The notes beneath the pieces were generated by a model, which was given only the letters and a program-made list of their open reading frames with translations, did no database searches and had not been told where the DNA came from. A program made the translations under genes and the position numbers. Shown here piece by piece: positions 41,043 to 49,244 of a stretch of 64,000 nucleotides of DNA. The DNA is from Candidatus Sericytochromatia bacterium (GTDB lineage: Bacteria; Cyanobacteriota; Sericytochromatia; S15B-MN24; JAQBPE01), in NCBI GenBank assembly GCA_040400605.1, contig JBBAPZ010000015.1, forward strand, positions 29,760 through 93,759, read 5' to 3'. Positions within the stretch are counted from its first letter, which is position 1; each line of letters begins with the position of its first letter.

Positions 41043-41838
41043 CAGCGTGGCTCCCTACGCGCAGTGGCCCGGTTTCACATTGGGAGGGGTGGTGATCCAC
41101 CAGCCCGCCAAAATGGTACTCAAACGTGGGATCAGCCAAAATCTGCTGCACCGTTCCACACGCGACCACCCCATGCTCGGCATCCAAAAACAATGCCTTG
41201 TCCGCATTGGACAGCGCACTGCTCAAATGATGAGTCACCATCACCACCGCCGTTTGTTGCATCAGACGCAAGTCATCCAAAATATCCAGCGTAGTCTGTT
41301 GCGCAACCAAATCCATCGCACTCGTCGGCTCATCCAAAAAAATGACCGACGGTTCGCCAACTAACGCCCGCGCCAACAAGACGCGCTGCTTTTGCCCCTC
41401 TGAGAGGTCATCAAACCGCGCCCATGCAAAGGCATCCACGCCTGTCCTGGCCAAAGCCGCACGTACCCGTGCCCGGTAGCCCGCTCTGCGAGGCATCAAA
41501 AAAGACCAACCCCGATCAAGCCCCTCCGTGACGAGATCAATCGCCCGAAAAGGCACCACCGAGTCAAGCCCGTGACGTTGCGGCAAATAAGCCACGCGCA
41601 AGGCCGGGTCCTTCAGCACCCGCCCGGCAACGGGCGCCAAAAGACCCAAAATCGTCTTCAAAAATGTTGACTTCCCGGAACCGTTACGCCCCACGATCAC
41701 CCAACGCTCACCCGGACGAACCACCATCGAAATGGGCGGCAACAAAGCCGCCCCCCGATAACCCACGACCAGATCGTCAACGCCCAACAAGTCGGCGTGC
41801 CACACGGGTTTAGTCGCGGCTATCATCTCCGTCCTCAT
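41032..41838 (-). CDS. Metal ABC transporter ATPase, ZnuC-like
   Basis: GRNGSGKST, YLPQ, LSEGQKQR, LDEPT, VTHH and a His-containing tail. Confidence 0.93.
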   Translation of the reverse strand: MRTEMIAATKPVWHADLLGVDDLVVGYRGAALLPPISMVVRPGERWVIVGRNGSGKSTFLKTILGLLAPVAGRVLKDPALRVAYLPQRHGLDSVVPFRAIDLVTEGLDRGWSFLMPRRAGYRARVRAALARTGVDAFAWARFDDLSEGQKQRVLLARALVGEPSVIFLDEPTSAMDLVAQQTTLDILDDLRLMQQTAVVMVTHHLSSALSNADKALFLDAEHGVVACGTVQQILADPTFEYHFGGLVDHHPSQCETGPLRVGSHADEP

Positions 41839-42424
41839 GTTCCTCCGCTGCTTCAATCGTCAACGACACCTGCGCCGACTGGGTCGGACCGATTGCAATC
41901 TGCACCGGTCCCACTTCCCAATCCAATTCGTACGCGACAGCCCCCGCGGCACAACCCGTCAAAGCCTGTGTCAACCGCTTCAGTTCCACAACCTTGGTAC
42001 CCTGACGCACCGAGATCGGAAAATCACCACTCGCAACCAACACCGCCTCACCGGCCTCGCCGACCGCCACACTGACATTACCCGCATACGACGCATCCTT
42101 TTTGGCCAAGCTCACATCAAAGCGCTTATGCCCAAGTTCCAGCAATTTACCCGTATCCGCAGCCACTGCCTCAGACGGCCCCTTCACCAGATGCAAACAC
42201 GACTCCTCCAACACCTTGGACAGATCATGCGCCTCAGCCTTCGGGCTCGCAACCGGTGCCGCACTGGCCGCAGCAGAAGGCCCGACCACCGGCGCCGCGG
42301 AACCAGGCGCAAGACTCGGCACCGCAGAAGCCAAGCCCACCGAACCGCCAGCAACAGGCGCACCCGTACAAGCCGCGCACCCCAAAACAGCCATCAACAC
42401 CAACCCACGACACATACCCATCAT
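41810..42424 (-). CDS. Lipoprotein of unknown function leading the metal ABC operon
   Basis: Signal peptide with Cys (VLGCAAC), Ala/Pro/Ser linker, then AHDL..EESCLHL..GHKR; ends EEHEDGDD. Confidence 0.75.
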   Translation of the reverse strand: MMGMCRGLVLMAVLGCAACTGAPVAGGSVGLASAVPSLAPGSAAPVVGPSAAASAAPVASPKAEAHDLSKVLEESCLHLVKGPSEAVAADTGKLLELGHKRFDVSLAKKDASYAGNVSVAVGEAGEAVLVASGDFPISVRQGTKVVELKRLTQALTGCAAGAVAYELDWEVGPVQIAIGPTQSAQVSLTIEAAEEHEDGDDSRD

Positions 42425-42560
42425 CGACAACCTTTCCGTGCAATCAAATGTCAACCGTTCAACCCGTCAATACCGGCCAGTCCAACGATCGCCTGACGGT
42501 GATTAAAAACGCTCACCAACCAAACGAACCGGCATGCCCATTGATCCACTGCATCCTTTA

Positions 42561-42577
42561 TTGCAACAAAATTGCAT
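42561..42577. promoter_or_regulatory. Zur/Fur-family-like inverted repeat
   Basis: TGCAA-CAAAA-TTGCA between the divergent metal ABC operon and the ZIP gene; overlaps the -10 of a leftward TTGACT-N17 promoter candidate. Confidence 0.6.
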
Positions 42578-42662
42578 ATTGAACGCTAAAAAGTCAAGCG
42601 TAGCGGAAATCGCAAAACCGGTCTAAAACATCGTCTTAAAGGGTGTCTCAGCGTTGACTTCC

Positions 42663-42691
42663 TTGTCATTACACCCTTTTAAGATTACAAT
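42663..42691 (+). promoter_or_regulatory. Sigma70-type promoter for the ZIP transporter
   Basis: TTGTCA-N17-TACAAT, followed by an AAGGAG RBS. Confidence 0.7.
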
Positions 42692-42736
42692 AAACTGGCA
42701 ATCTTAAGCATTGAAATAAAAATTTAAGGAGCCGTC

Positions 42737-43543
42737 GTGGCGATGGATCAGAGTCTGGTGTACGGGGTGGTGACAGCGTCGACCACGATGGCCGGGGGGT
42801 TGTGGGTGGCTTCGCGACCGCGCGCCTGGCTGACGCAGGCACGCTTGGCGCAGATGATGGCGTTGGGTGGTGGCTTGTTGTTGGCTGCCTTGTTTCGGGA
42901 AATGTTGCCGGAGTCGTTGGCGCACGGTGGTACCCACGCGCTGTCGTGGATTTTTGCGGGTGTGATGGCGGTGTTGCTGTTTGAGCGTTATGTCGCACCG
43001 CGCTTGAGTTTTTTGGATCGTCCACCCGTGCCCGGCGGGTGCCATGACCACGAAGGCGGTCACGACGATGCACATGCCCACGGGGCGAGCAAGGCGGTGT
43101 TGAGCCATGGTGCGGCGTGCTCGGCGTTGGGGTGTTTATTGGTTTGCACTTTTTTTGACGGGGTTGCGATGGCGGCCAGTTTCGGCGTCAGTGCCGAAGT
43201 GGGTGTGATGGTTGCAGTGGGACTGGTGTTTCACATGTTGCCGGAGGGCGTGCTCGCATCGGCACTGGTGCTGGCGTCGGGTCATTCGGCAGTTTGGGCG
43301 CGACGGGCGGCGGTTGCGGTGTCCGTTTGCTTCGTGTTGGGTTTATTGGTGCCTGGCGCGATGGGTGTGGCATTGGGGGATATGGCGATGGCCTTGCCCT
43401 TCGCGGCGGGCATCTTGTTGTATGTGGTGTTGGGGCAGTTGTTGCCAGTAGCGTTGCAAGAGCGCAACGGGGTGCCGTTGGTGCTGGCGGGCGTGGTGAT
43501 TTTTGAAGTCTTGTCGCGCTTGTTGCCGCATTCACACGGGTAG
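42737..43543 (+). CDS. ZIP-family divalent metal transporter
   Basis: GGGLLL..EMLPES, His-rich loop HDHEGGHDDAHAH, FFDG and HMLPEG. Confidence 0.9.
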   Translation: MAMDQSLVYGVVTASTTMAGGLWVASRPRAWLTQARLAQMMALGGGLLLAALFREMLPESLAHGGTHALSWIFAGVMAVLLFERYVAPRLSFLDRPPVPGGCHDHEGGHDDAHAHGASKAVLSHGAACSALGCLLVCTFFDGVAMAASFGVSAEVGVMVAVGLVFHMLPEGVLASALVLASGHSAVWARRAAVAVSVCFVLGLLVPGAMGVALGDMAMALPFAAGILLYVVLGQLLPVALQERNGVPLVLAGVVIFEVLSRLLPHSHG

Positions 43544-43559
43544 TGTGTCGCGCACCGGT

Positions 43560-43817
43560 TCAGTTGTCTTTGAAGCTTTCGAGCACTGGTGCGATGACTT
43601 CTTCGAGTGCTTGCACTTCGGGGATGCCGGATTCGCGCAAGGCGGCACGTTCATTTTCGATGATCCGGGCGGCGATCGCCATCACCTCTTCCGGCGTGTA
43701 CTGAAACTTGACCGGCAACTGCAAGGCCTCCAGACTCGCAGCCAACTGCAGCTGCGCCAAATCCGGGCCCAGTTGCGCTTCCAGTTTGGATAAGATCTCA
43801 ACAATCGAGAGCATCAT
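43560..43817 (-). CDS. Small acidic hypothetical protein (about 85 aa)
   Basis: MMLSIVEILSKLEAQLG...YTPEEVMAIAARII...; the upstream part of the track ORF looks non-coding. Confidence 0.65.
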   Translation of the reverse strand: MMLSIVEILSKLEAQLGPDLAQLQLAASLEALQLPVKFQYTPEEVMAIAARIIENERAALRESGIPEVQALEEVIAPVLESFKDN

Positions 43818-44013
43818 GTCACATCCGCTCATCCCGGGAAACACGCCCAGTATGACAGGTTTGGCGCGCGCACGCAGCAAGCGGGTGTCACGTGGAGGGT
43901 GGTGTGATACAATGAGATGGTGTGAGTGGGATATGTCAGTGAGCTTGGTCACTGGATTGTAAACAAGCAAGCGCTTTGTGGCGCGCAACATTCCGGGCGG
44001 TATAAGGTTTCGA

Positions 44014-45084
44014 ATGGCCAACGTATACGACCAACAAATCAAGAAGCTGTTGGTTCATATCAAGGCGTTGAACCAGGCACTTCAGGCGCGAAACATTCAA
44101 ATCCGGCAGTGGCAGCAAATTGCGACTGCTGTGCAGACGGATCGCGCCAATCTCGCAAAAGCCCTGATGGCCCAGTTACGACAGGTTTTGCGCAGCGTAT
44201 CGGAGCGCTTCGGTGATCTCCGGGAGGAAAACCGCAAACTCCGCACCTATATTGACCACCAGCAACGCCTTCACGAATCCGTGAGCCGGGACTTGCAGGG
44301 TCAACTGCAATACGCGTTGTCGCGCATCAATGATATGGCCCAAGAACGTTCGGCCTGGCGTCAGGAAGTGGACACCACGCGCCAAGGGGCTTTTAAACAG
44401 CAGCAAGAGGTCCTCGAACAGAAACGTGTGCTCGCATCGCAGAACCAGGCAATCGGAGAGTTGAAGCAGCGTTTGGAGCAGGCGCTGAAATCCGTCGAAC
44501 GGGAGCAGGTGCTCACAAGCGAAAAGCAGATCCTTCAAAAGAATTTGCTCGAATTCAAGCAAAAATTGACTGCGGCCGAAGAAAACGTGCAATTGCGGCT
44601 CACGGAGGGCAGAGCCATCCAGACCCAGTTTGATGCTTACAAACAAAAAGCGTCAGATCACATCCGCACGCTGGAAGCCAGTATTCGGCAGACCCGTGAA
44701 TCGCAGGTTTCAACAGATGAACGCGTTGAGGAGATGACATTGTTATTGGCCAATTCCGAACGTGAAGTTGCGAGGCTGCACAAGGAATTTGGGGACGAGC
44801 GGAGTTTCCGCAAGGAAATGGAGATTCGATTGGAAGCGAGCAACCGCGAGTTGGGTTCGACCCGGCGCAAGCTGACCAAATTGGAGAAAGAGCGGGATAC
44901 CGCGAAGGGCGATCGCCTCAGCGACCTCCAAAAAGCGCTCGACACCATGCAAAAAGATTATCAGCAGCTGCAAGAAGAACTGGCCAACGCCCTGCGCGAC
45001 AAGACCACCTACATGCAAGCGCTCGAAGGCAAAAAGAAGAGCAAACTGCGCTCGTTGCCGCCTCCGGGGGACGAGCAGCCCTGA
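44014..45084 (+). CDS. Long coiled-coil protein
   Basis: About 350 aa rich in E/Q/K/R/L with heptad pattern; no proline until the tail and no TM. Confidence 0.8.
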   Translation: MANVYDQQIKKLLVHIKALNQALQARNIQIRQWQQIATAVQTDRANLAKALMAQLRQVLRSVSERFGDLREENRKLRTYIDHQQRLHESVSRDLQGQLQYALSRINDMAQERSAWRQEVDTTRQGAFKQQQEVLEQKRVLASQNQAIGELKQRLEQALKSVEREQVLTSEKQILQKNLLEFKQKLTAAEENVQLRLTEGRAIQTQFDAYKQKASDHIRTLEASIRQTRESQVSTDERVEEMTLLLANSEREVARLHKEFGDERSFRKEMEIRLEASNRELGSTRRKLTKLEKERDTAKGDRLSDLQKALDTMQKDYQQLQEELANALRDKTTYMQALEGKKKSKLRSLPPPGDEQP

Positions 45085-45094
45085 CGCAATCAGG

Positions 45095-45949
45095 TCAGCC
45101 GACACAAGCCGGGGTTGACGCCAAATACTCAGCCAGGCTTTCCTCCCAAGGGGGCAGTGGTGCGACACCGGAGAGCAAGGCATTGACATTGGCCATGACG
45201 GACCAGGCAGGGCGTGGTGCCGGCCGATCCAGTTCGGTGCTTGAAATCGCATCAACACACGTGGCGTGACCATCCAGTGCCATAATGCGCGTGGCGAAGC
45301 CGTGCCAACTGGTGACGCCTTGCCCGCTCAAATGATGGGTGCCGTAACAGCCCGTTGCGATCAAGGCCACAATGGCGCGTGACAAAGGAACGGTCCAGGT
45401 TGGTTGACCGAGCTGATCCGCCACCACCCGCACGCGCACCTCAGTTCTGCCCAAGCGCCGCATCGTCTCGACAAAATTCTTGCCGCCTGCCCCATACAAC
45501 CACGACGTCCGTACAATGTAAAATCGCGTCAGCAACTCACGCACCGCCTGCTCACCCCCCAATTTGCTTTGACCATAGACACCCAGTGGCTGTGTGGGCG
45601 CCCATTCCAGATACGGCGTTTGGCCCTTGCCATCAAAGACGTAATCCGAACTGATATACACAAGGGGAACGTTAAATTCCTGGCAAGCCAACGCGATATG
45701 GCGCGTGCCTTGCACGTTTACTTTAAAGGCGTCGAGCGGATTTCGTTCGGCACCGTCCACGTCAGTCACAGCGGCTGCCTGGATGATCGCATCCGGACGC
45801 CAATGCGCAATCACCTCCCGCACCTGCTGCCAATCGGTGACATCCAATTGCGCCCGCCCACAGGCGATCGCCTCATGGCCCGCCTCCTGCAACGCCGGAA
45901 TCAAATCCTGCCCCAGCATCCCCGCTGCACCCGTCACCAAGACGCGCAT
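45095..45949 (-). CDS. rfbD: dTDP-4-dehydrorhamnose reductase
   Basis: VTGAAGMLG, ISSDYVFDG, YGQSKLGGE, RTSWLYG, DQLGQPT and APRP. Confidence 0.97.
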   Translation of the reverse strand: MRVLVTGAAGMLGQDLIPALQEAGHEAIACGRAQLDVTDWQQVREVIAHWRPDAIIQAAAVTDVDGAERNPLDAFKVNVQGTRHIALACQEFNVPLVYISSDYVFDGKGQTPYLEWAPTQPLGVYGQSKLGGEQAVRELLTRFYIVRTSWLYGAGGKNFVETMRRLGRTEVRVRVVADQLGQPTWTVPLSRAIVALIATGCYGTHHLSGQGVTSWHGFATRIMALDGHATCVDAISSTELDRPAPRPAWSVMANVNALLSGVAPLPPWEESLAEYLASTPACVG

Positions 45950-46054
45950 CCGTCATTCCCTCTCTCGGTTTGTCACCTATTCCACGCTTGTCCGACCCGG
46001 CACGCCTTGCGCGCACAGCATGGTGCACGCCCGCCCCTCACCGTTTGTCGCCCC

Positions 46055-47821
46055 TCACGAAGGCGGTGAGGCATCCCCCCCACTCACTGCCGACGCCCGA
46101 GCCAGTATCGCCGCGACCGCCTCCGCATCTGGCTTCACAAAAATACAGCGTTCCTCGACATAATGCACCATTCCCGGACGCCCCTGCCGCATCTTGCGCA
46201 CGTGCCGACGTTGCGTGTAAACAACCGACACCCCCGATGCCTCGCGCCCCTTCGAAAACCAGGCAGCCAGCAAAGCGGCCTCATGCAGAGTAGCCTCCGA
46301 CAAACCCTGTCCCTGGGTATCCACAATCACATGGGCACCGGGCAGATTCTGCGCGTGCAACCACCAATCCTGCGCGCGCGCCAAGCGAAACGTCAAGTGG
46401 TCATTTTGACGATTGTTTCGTCCCACCCATATCGGGATGCCTTCCGAACTGAAGACCCTGAGCGGTACCGATTCAACCGCTTTGCGGCCGGCTCCCTTAC
46501 CGGAAACAATCGGTGAGACCCCCAACAACTCCTCCTCGATCTCACGCAGTTCCGCCACAGCCGTCGCCTGCTCCACAGTCAGTTGCAACTGCTCAAGATA
46601 CGCGCATTCATCCGTGGCATCCGTCAGCAAACCCGCCAACACATGACCTGCCTGACGCAGCTTCTGATAACGCCTGAAATAGCGCTGGGCGTTGTCTGAG
46701 GCACTCAGACGCGGATCCAAAACCAACGTGAGCGGCGGCGCATCCACTTCGTAATGGTTGGTTACTGTCATGGCCGTCAGGCCAGGGCGCCAGGCGGACA
46801 GATTGGCGTAAATCAACTCCCCACTGATACGATGCACCTCCGCACCCAAAACCTCCGCCCGCTTCGCCTCATACTGCCCAAGCCGCGCACGCGCTTTGCG
46901 CATCCGCTGCGCCACCCGTTGCTGCAAACCCATTCGCAACGCCTGCATCTGCGCCGTCTCCATCAACGGTTCATAGTAAGCCGCAAGCACAGCACTGGCC
47001 GACGACGACACAGACACACCCGCCACAGGCCACATCGAATAAGCCCAAGCCTCCCTGGGGGTCAGACTCGGCGAAAAATTGCCGGCAAGCACCTGATCAC
47101 GCGCCGTTTCAAGCGCCTGCCACAAACCCTCCGGGCGGTCACATTCGCTTACATCCGATGTGGGATCGAAATGGGCGGCCGTCAAGATTTGCGTCAAGCC
47201 CAATTTGCCAATCCCACCGATGCGATCACACAAACAATCCAGTAGCCTGCCCTCACGCTGCAAAACCGCGGCCACATCCGCCACCTGGATGTCCGTAAAC
47301 GGCGTCTTGGAACCAAGCGTCGGTGGTCCCTGATAAGGCAAACCCGGCAACAACTGCCGCACCTGACACATCAAGTCACTAACGGGCCGTAAACAGCCCA
47401 TGATCACGCCTGTCTGCCCTTCCACCAGGCAGGCGTTGGCGTAGCTTCCGATAAATTCCACCATCAGGTGCCGCTCATAGGGATCGCCCAGTTCGTCACG
47501 CCCGGCGATGACCAAACGCGCCACGCGATCCAGTCCTGGCTGCTCCACCCGCAACAAGCGGCTGCCCTCGAGGTGCTTGCGGCATAGCATCGTAAAGGCG
47601 GTCGGGACCTTCATGTTCGCAACCGGCCGCGCACTCAAATGCATCCTGGCCCAGCGATCCTGAAAATCCAGTACCAACACCAACGCCTCTCGCCCCGCAC
47701 GGACCTTGAGGTACAACGTGTGCGAGGCGGATTGCCCCACCTTGTCGATGCGGCACACGCCCAGTTTCCCAAGCTCAGCAACCACCGCTGCAAGCGCGAT
47801 GGCGTCAAAAAATTGCATCAA
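46055..47821 (-). CDS. rqcH: NFACT-family protein (RqcH/Rqc2, FbpA-like)
   Basis: FDA N-terminus, FTMLCRKHL, DRV, NAQRYFRRYQK and VGRNNRQNDHLT..WLHA..PGAHV. Confidence 0.9.
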   Translation of the reverse strand: MMQFFDAIALAAVVAELGKLGVCRIDKVGQSASHTLYLKVRAGREALVLVLDFQDRWARMHLSARPVANMKVPTAFTMLCRKHLEGSRLLRVEQPGLDRVARLVIAGRDELGDPYERHLMVEFIGSYANACLVEGQTGVIMGCLRPVSDLMCQVRQLLPGLPYQGPPTLGSKTPFTDIQVADVAAVLQREGRLLDCLCDRIGGIGKLGLTQILTAAHFDPTSDVSECDRPEGLWQALETARDQVLAGNFSPSLTPREAWAYSMWPVAGVSVSSSASAVLAAYYEPLMETAQMQALRMGLQQRVAQRMRKARARLGQYEAKRAEVLGAEVHRISGELIYANLSAWRPGLTAMTVTNHYEVDAPPLTLVLDPRLSASDNAQRYFRRYQKLRQAGHVLAGLLTDATDECAYLEQLQLTVEQATAVAELREIEEELLGVSPIVSGKGAGRKAVESVPLRVFSSEGIPIWVGRNNRQNDHLTFRLARAQDWWLHAQNLPGAHVIVDTQGQGLSEATLHEAALLAAWFSKGREASGVSVVYTQRRHVRKMRQGRPGMVHYVEERCIFVKPDAEAVAAILARASAVSGGDASPPS

Positions 47822-47902
47822 TCACCCCGATGACCAATCTGGCGCTCCGTCTCACACCCGTGACGCATCGCCTTTGGCCCCATTTTGCGCAGGTTCTCGC
47901 CA

Positions 47903-48502
47903 TCACACGAGCATGGGAACGCCTTTTCGTTGCAGCAAGCTGAGAATATCGCCGATTACCACACCGGCACGTTCCGTGTTTTCAGCAAACAGCACGCGAT
48001 GGGTCAGGTTGATTTCCTCAAGGTGCTGCAAGAAAGCGTCATGCAAACGCATGCGAGTCTCGGTGTCCTCGATGCGCACCCCATCATTGCGCAGGATCAC
48101 GTTGTTCGGGTGGAAGAGATACACCAGATCATAACCGCGCGTGATTTCATCAATCCGGGATTGCAAGGGGGCCATATCTTCCATGCCGAAAATCTTTTCG
48201 TAAACGTTGATCGAATAGGCCCCGCGATCAATAAACACGATGTCATTGTCATCATTGGCCTTTTCCCGCTCGGTCATCATGTTCAGGATCGTGCGCTGGG
48301 TACTCAGCGCACCCCGATTGATGTCCGGATGCGCCTCAAACAGATCCCACGCAGCCTCTTTGACAAAACCCACCTTGAAGACCGGCAGATTGAACATCTG
48401 TCGCAGGTTATTGCTCATCGCAAAAAACTGCCGAATCGCTTCCAATGTTTTGGACTTCCCTGTGCCCGGTGCGCCATCGAAAACAACCTTGATGAGACTC
48501 AT
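47903..48502 (-). CDS. AAA_28 / NadR-like P-loop kinase
   Basis: GAPGTGKS, FIDRG, YDLVYLF and DGVRIED. Confidence 0.8.
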   Translation of the reverse strand: MSLIKVVFDGAPGTGKSKTLEAIRQFFAMSNNLRQMFNLPVFKVGFVKEAAWDLFEAHPDINRGALSTQRTILNMMTEREKANDDNDIVFIDRGAYSINVYEKIFGMEDMAPLQSRIDEITRGYDLVYLFHPNNVILRNDGVRIEDTETRMRLHDAFLQHLEEINLTHRVLFAENTERAGVVIGDILSLLQRKGVPMLV

Positions 48503-48609
48503 TGCTCGCTCCTTAGTGCCACGTCAAACCAGGCGACCACCTACCGGGACACCCAGGCCCACTATACCGCATTCCAGGCGAAACAGGCGACATCCGCAAG
48601 ATCCCGTGT

Positions 48610-49128
48610 ATGATGATGCCTATGCCAACTTTAGAATTACCCGCTCTCATCGCCCAGGCGCTGGCGCCCGGAATTGCACTGACCTCCGTCATCTTCTACA
48701 ACACGGGGCTGCAGGGGCGATTTTTGTACATCACCGGTCGCACCCGGGAATTGAACCGTGAGGCGCGGGAGTTAATGGCGCGTGACGATGAGCGAAGCCG
48801 GGCACGCATCGCGAGCATCCACTGGCAAGTGACGTTCATGGCGCGGCGTGCCGAATCCATCCGGCGCACGATCCTGATTGTCTACCTCGGTTTTTTCTGT
48901 TTTATTTTGACGATACTACAGCTGCTGTTGCAGGAGCTGTTGCCTTTGCCGCGCTTTGTGGCGGTGCCCATCGTGAGTTTCGCTTTGGGATTTGTCGCCA
49001 TGGCGATCGCCACGATCTCAACCACACGCGAACTCTACCTGTCCCAACGCACGCTGCAAGAAGACATTCGCTCAACCTTCGTGGGCCACACAGCCATCAA
49101 TCCCCAACTCGACAGCCCAGCCCCCTGA
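48610..49128 (+). CDS. DUF2721-like membrane protein
   Basis: Three hydrophobic segments; ALAPGIAL..R....R.REL and RRA..IRR pattern. Confidence 0.7.
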   Translation: MMMPMPTLELPALIAQALAPGIALTSVIFYNTGLQGRFLYITGRTRELNREARELMARDDERSRARIASIHWQVTFMARRAESIRRTILIVYLGFFCFILTILQLLLQELLPLPRFVAVPIVSFALGFVAMAIATISTTRELYLSQRTLQEDIRSTFVGHTAINPQLDSPAP

Positions 49129-49244
49129 ACAATGTCGAGACCGCGCAGCAAGCGGTGGACAAGGCGATCAGGGGAGGGTGAGCCATTCGTCGACTGCTTT
49201 GACTCGCTCGCAGTCAGTCAAAAATTGATTCACCCCCGCGCGGA

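Noticed and set aside
42590..42660. CGCAAAACCGGTCTAAAAC resembling part of a c-di-GMP-I riboswitch
   Set aside because: The GGCAAAC..GAAA P2 stem and the P3 pairing are absent, and the segment lies upstream of the predicted ZIP promoter.
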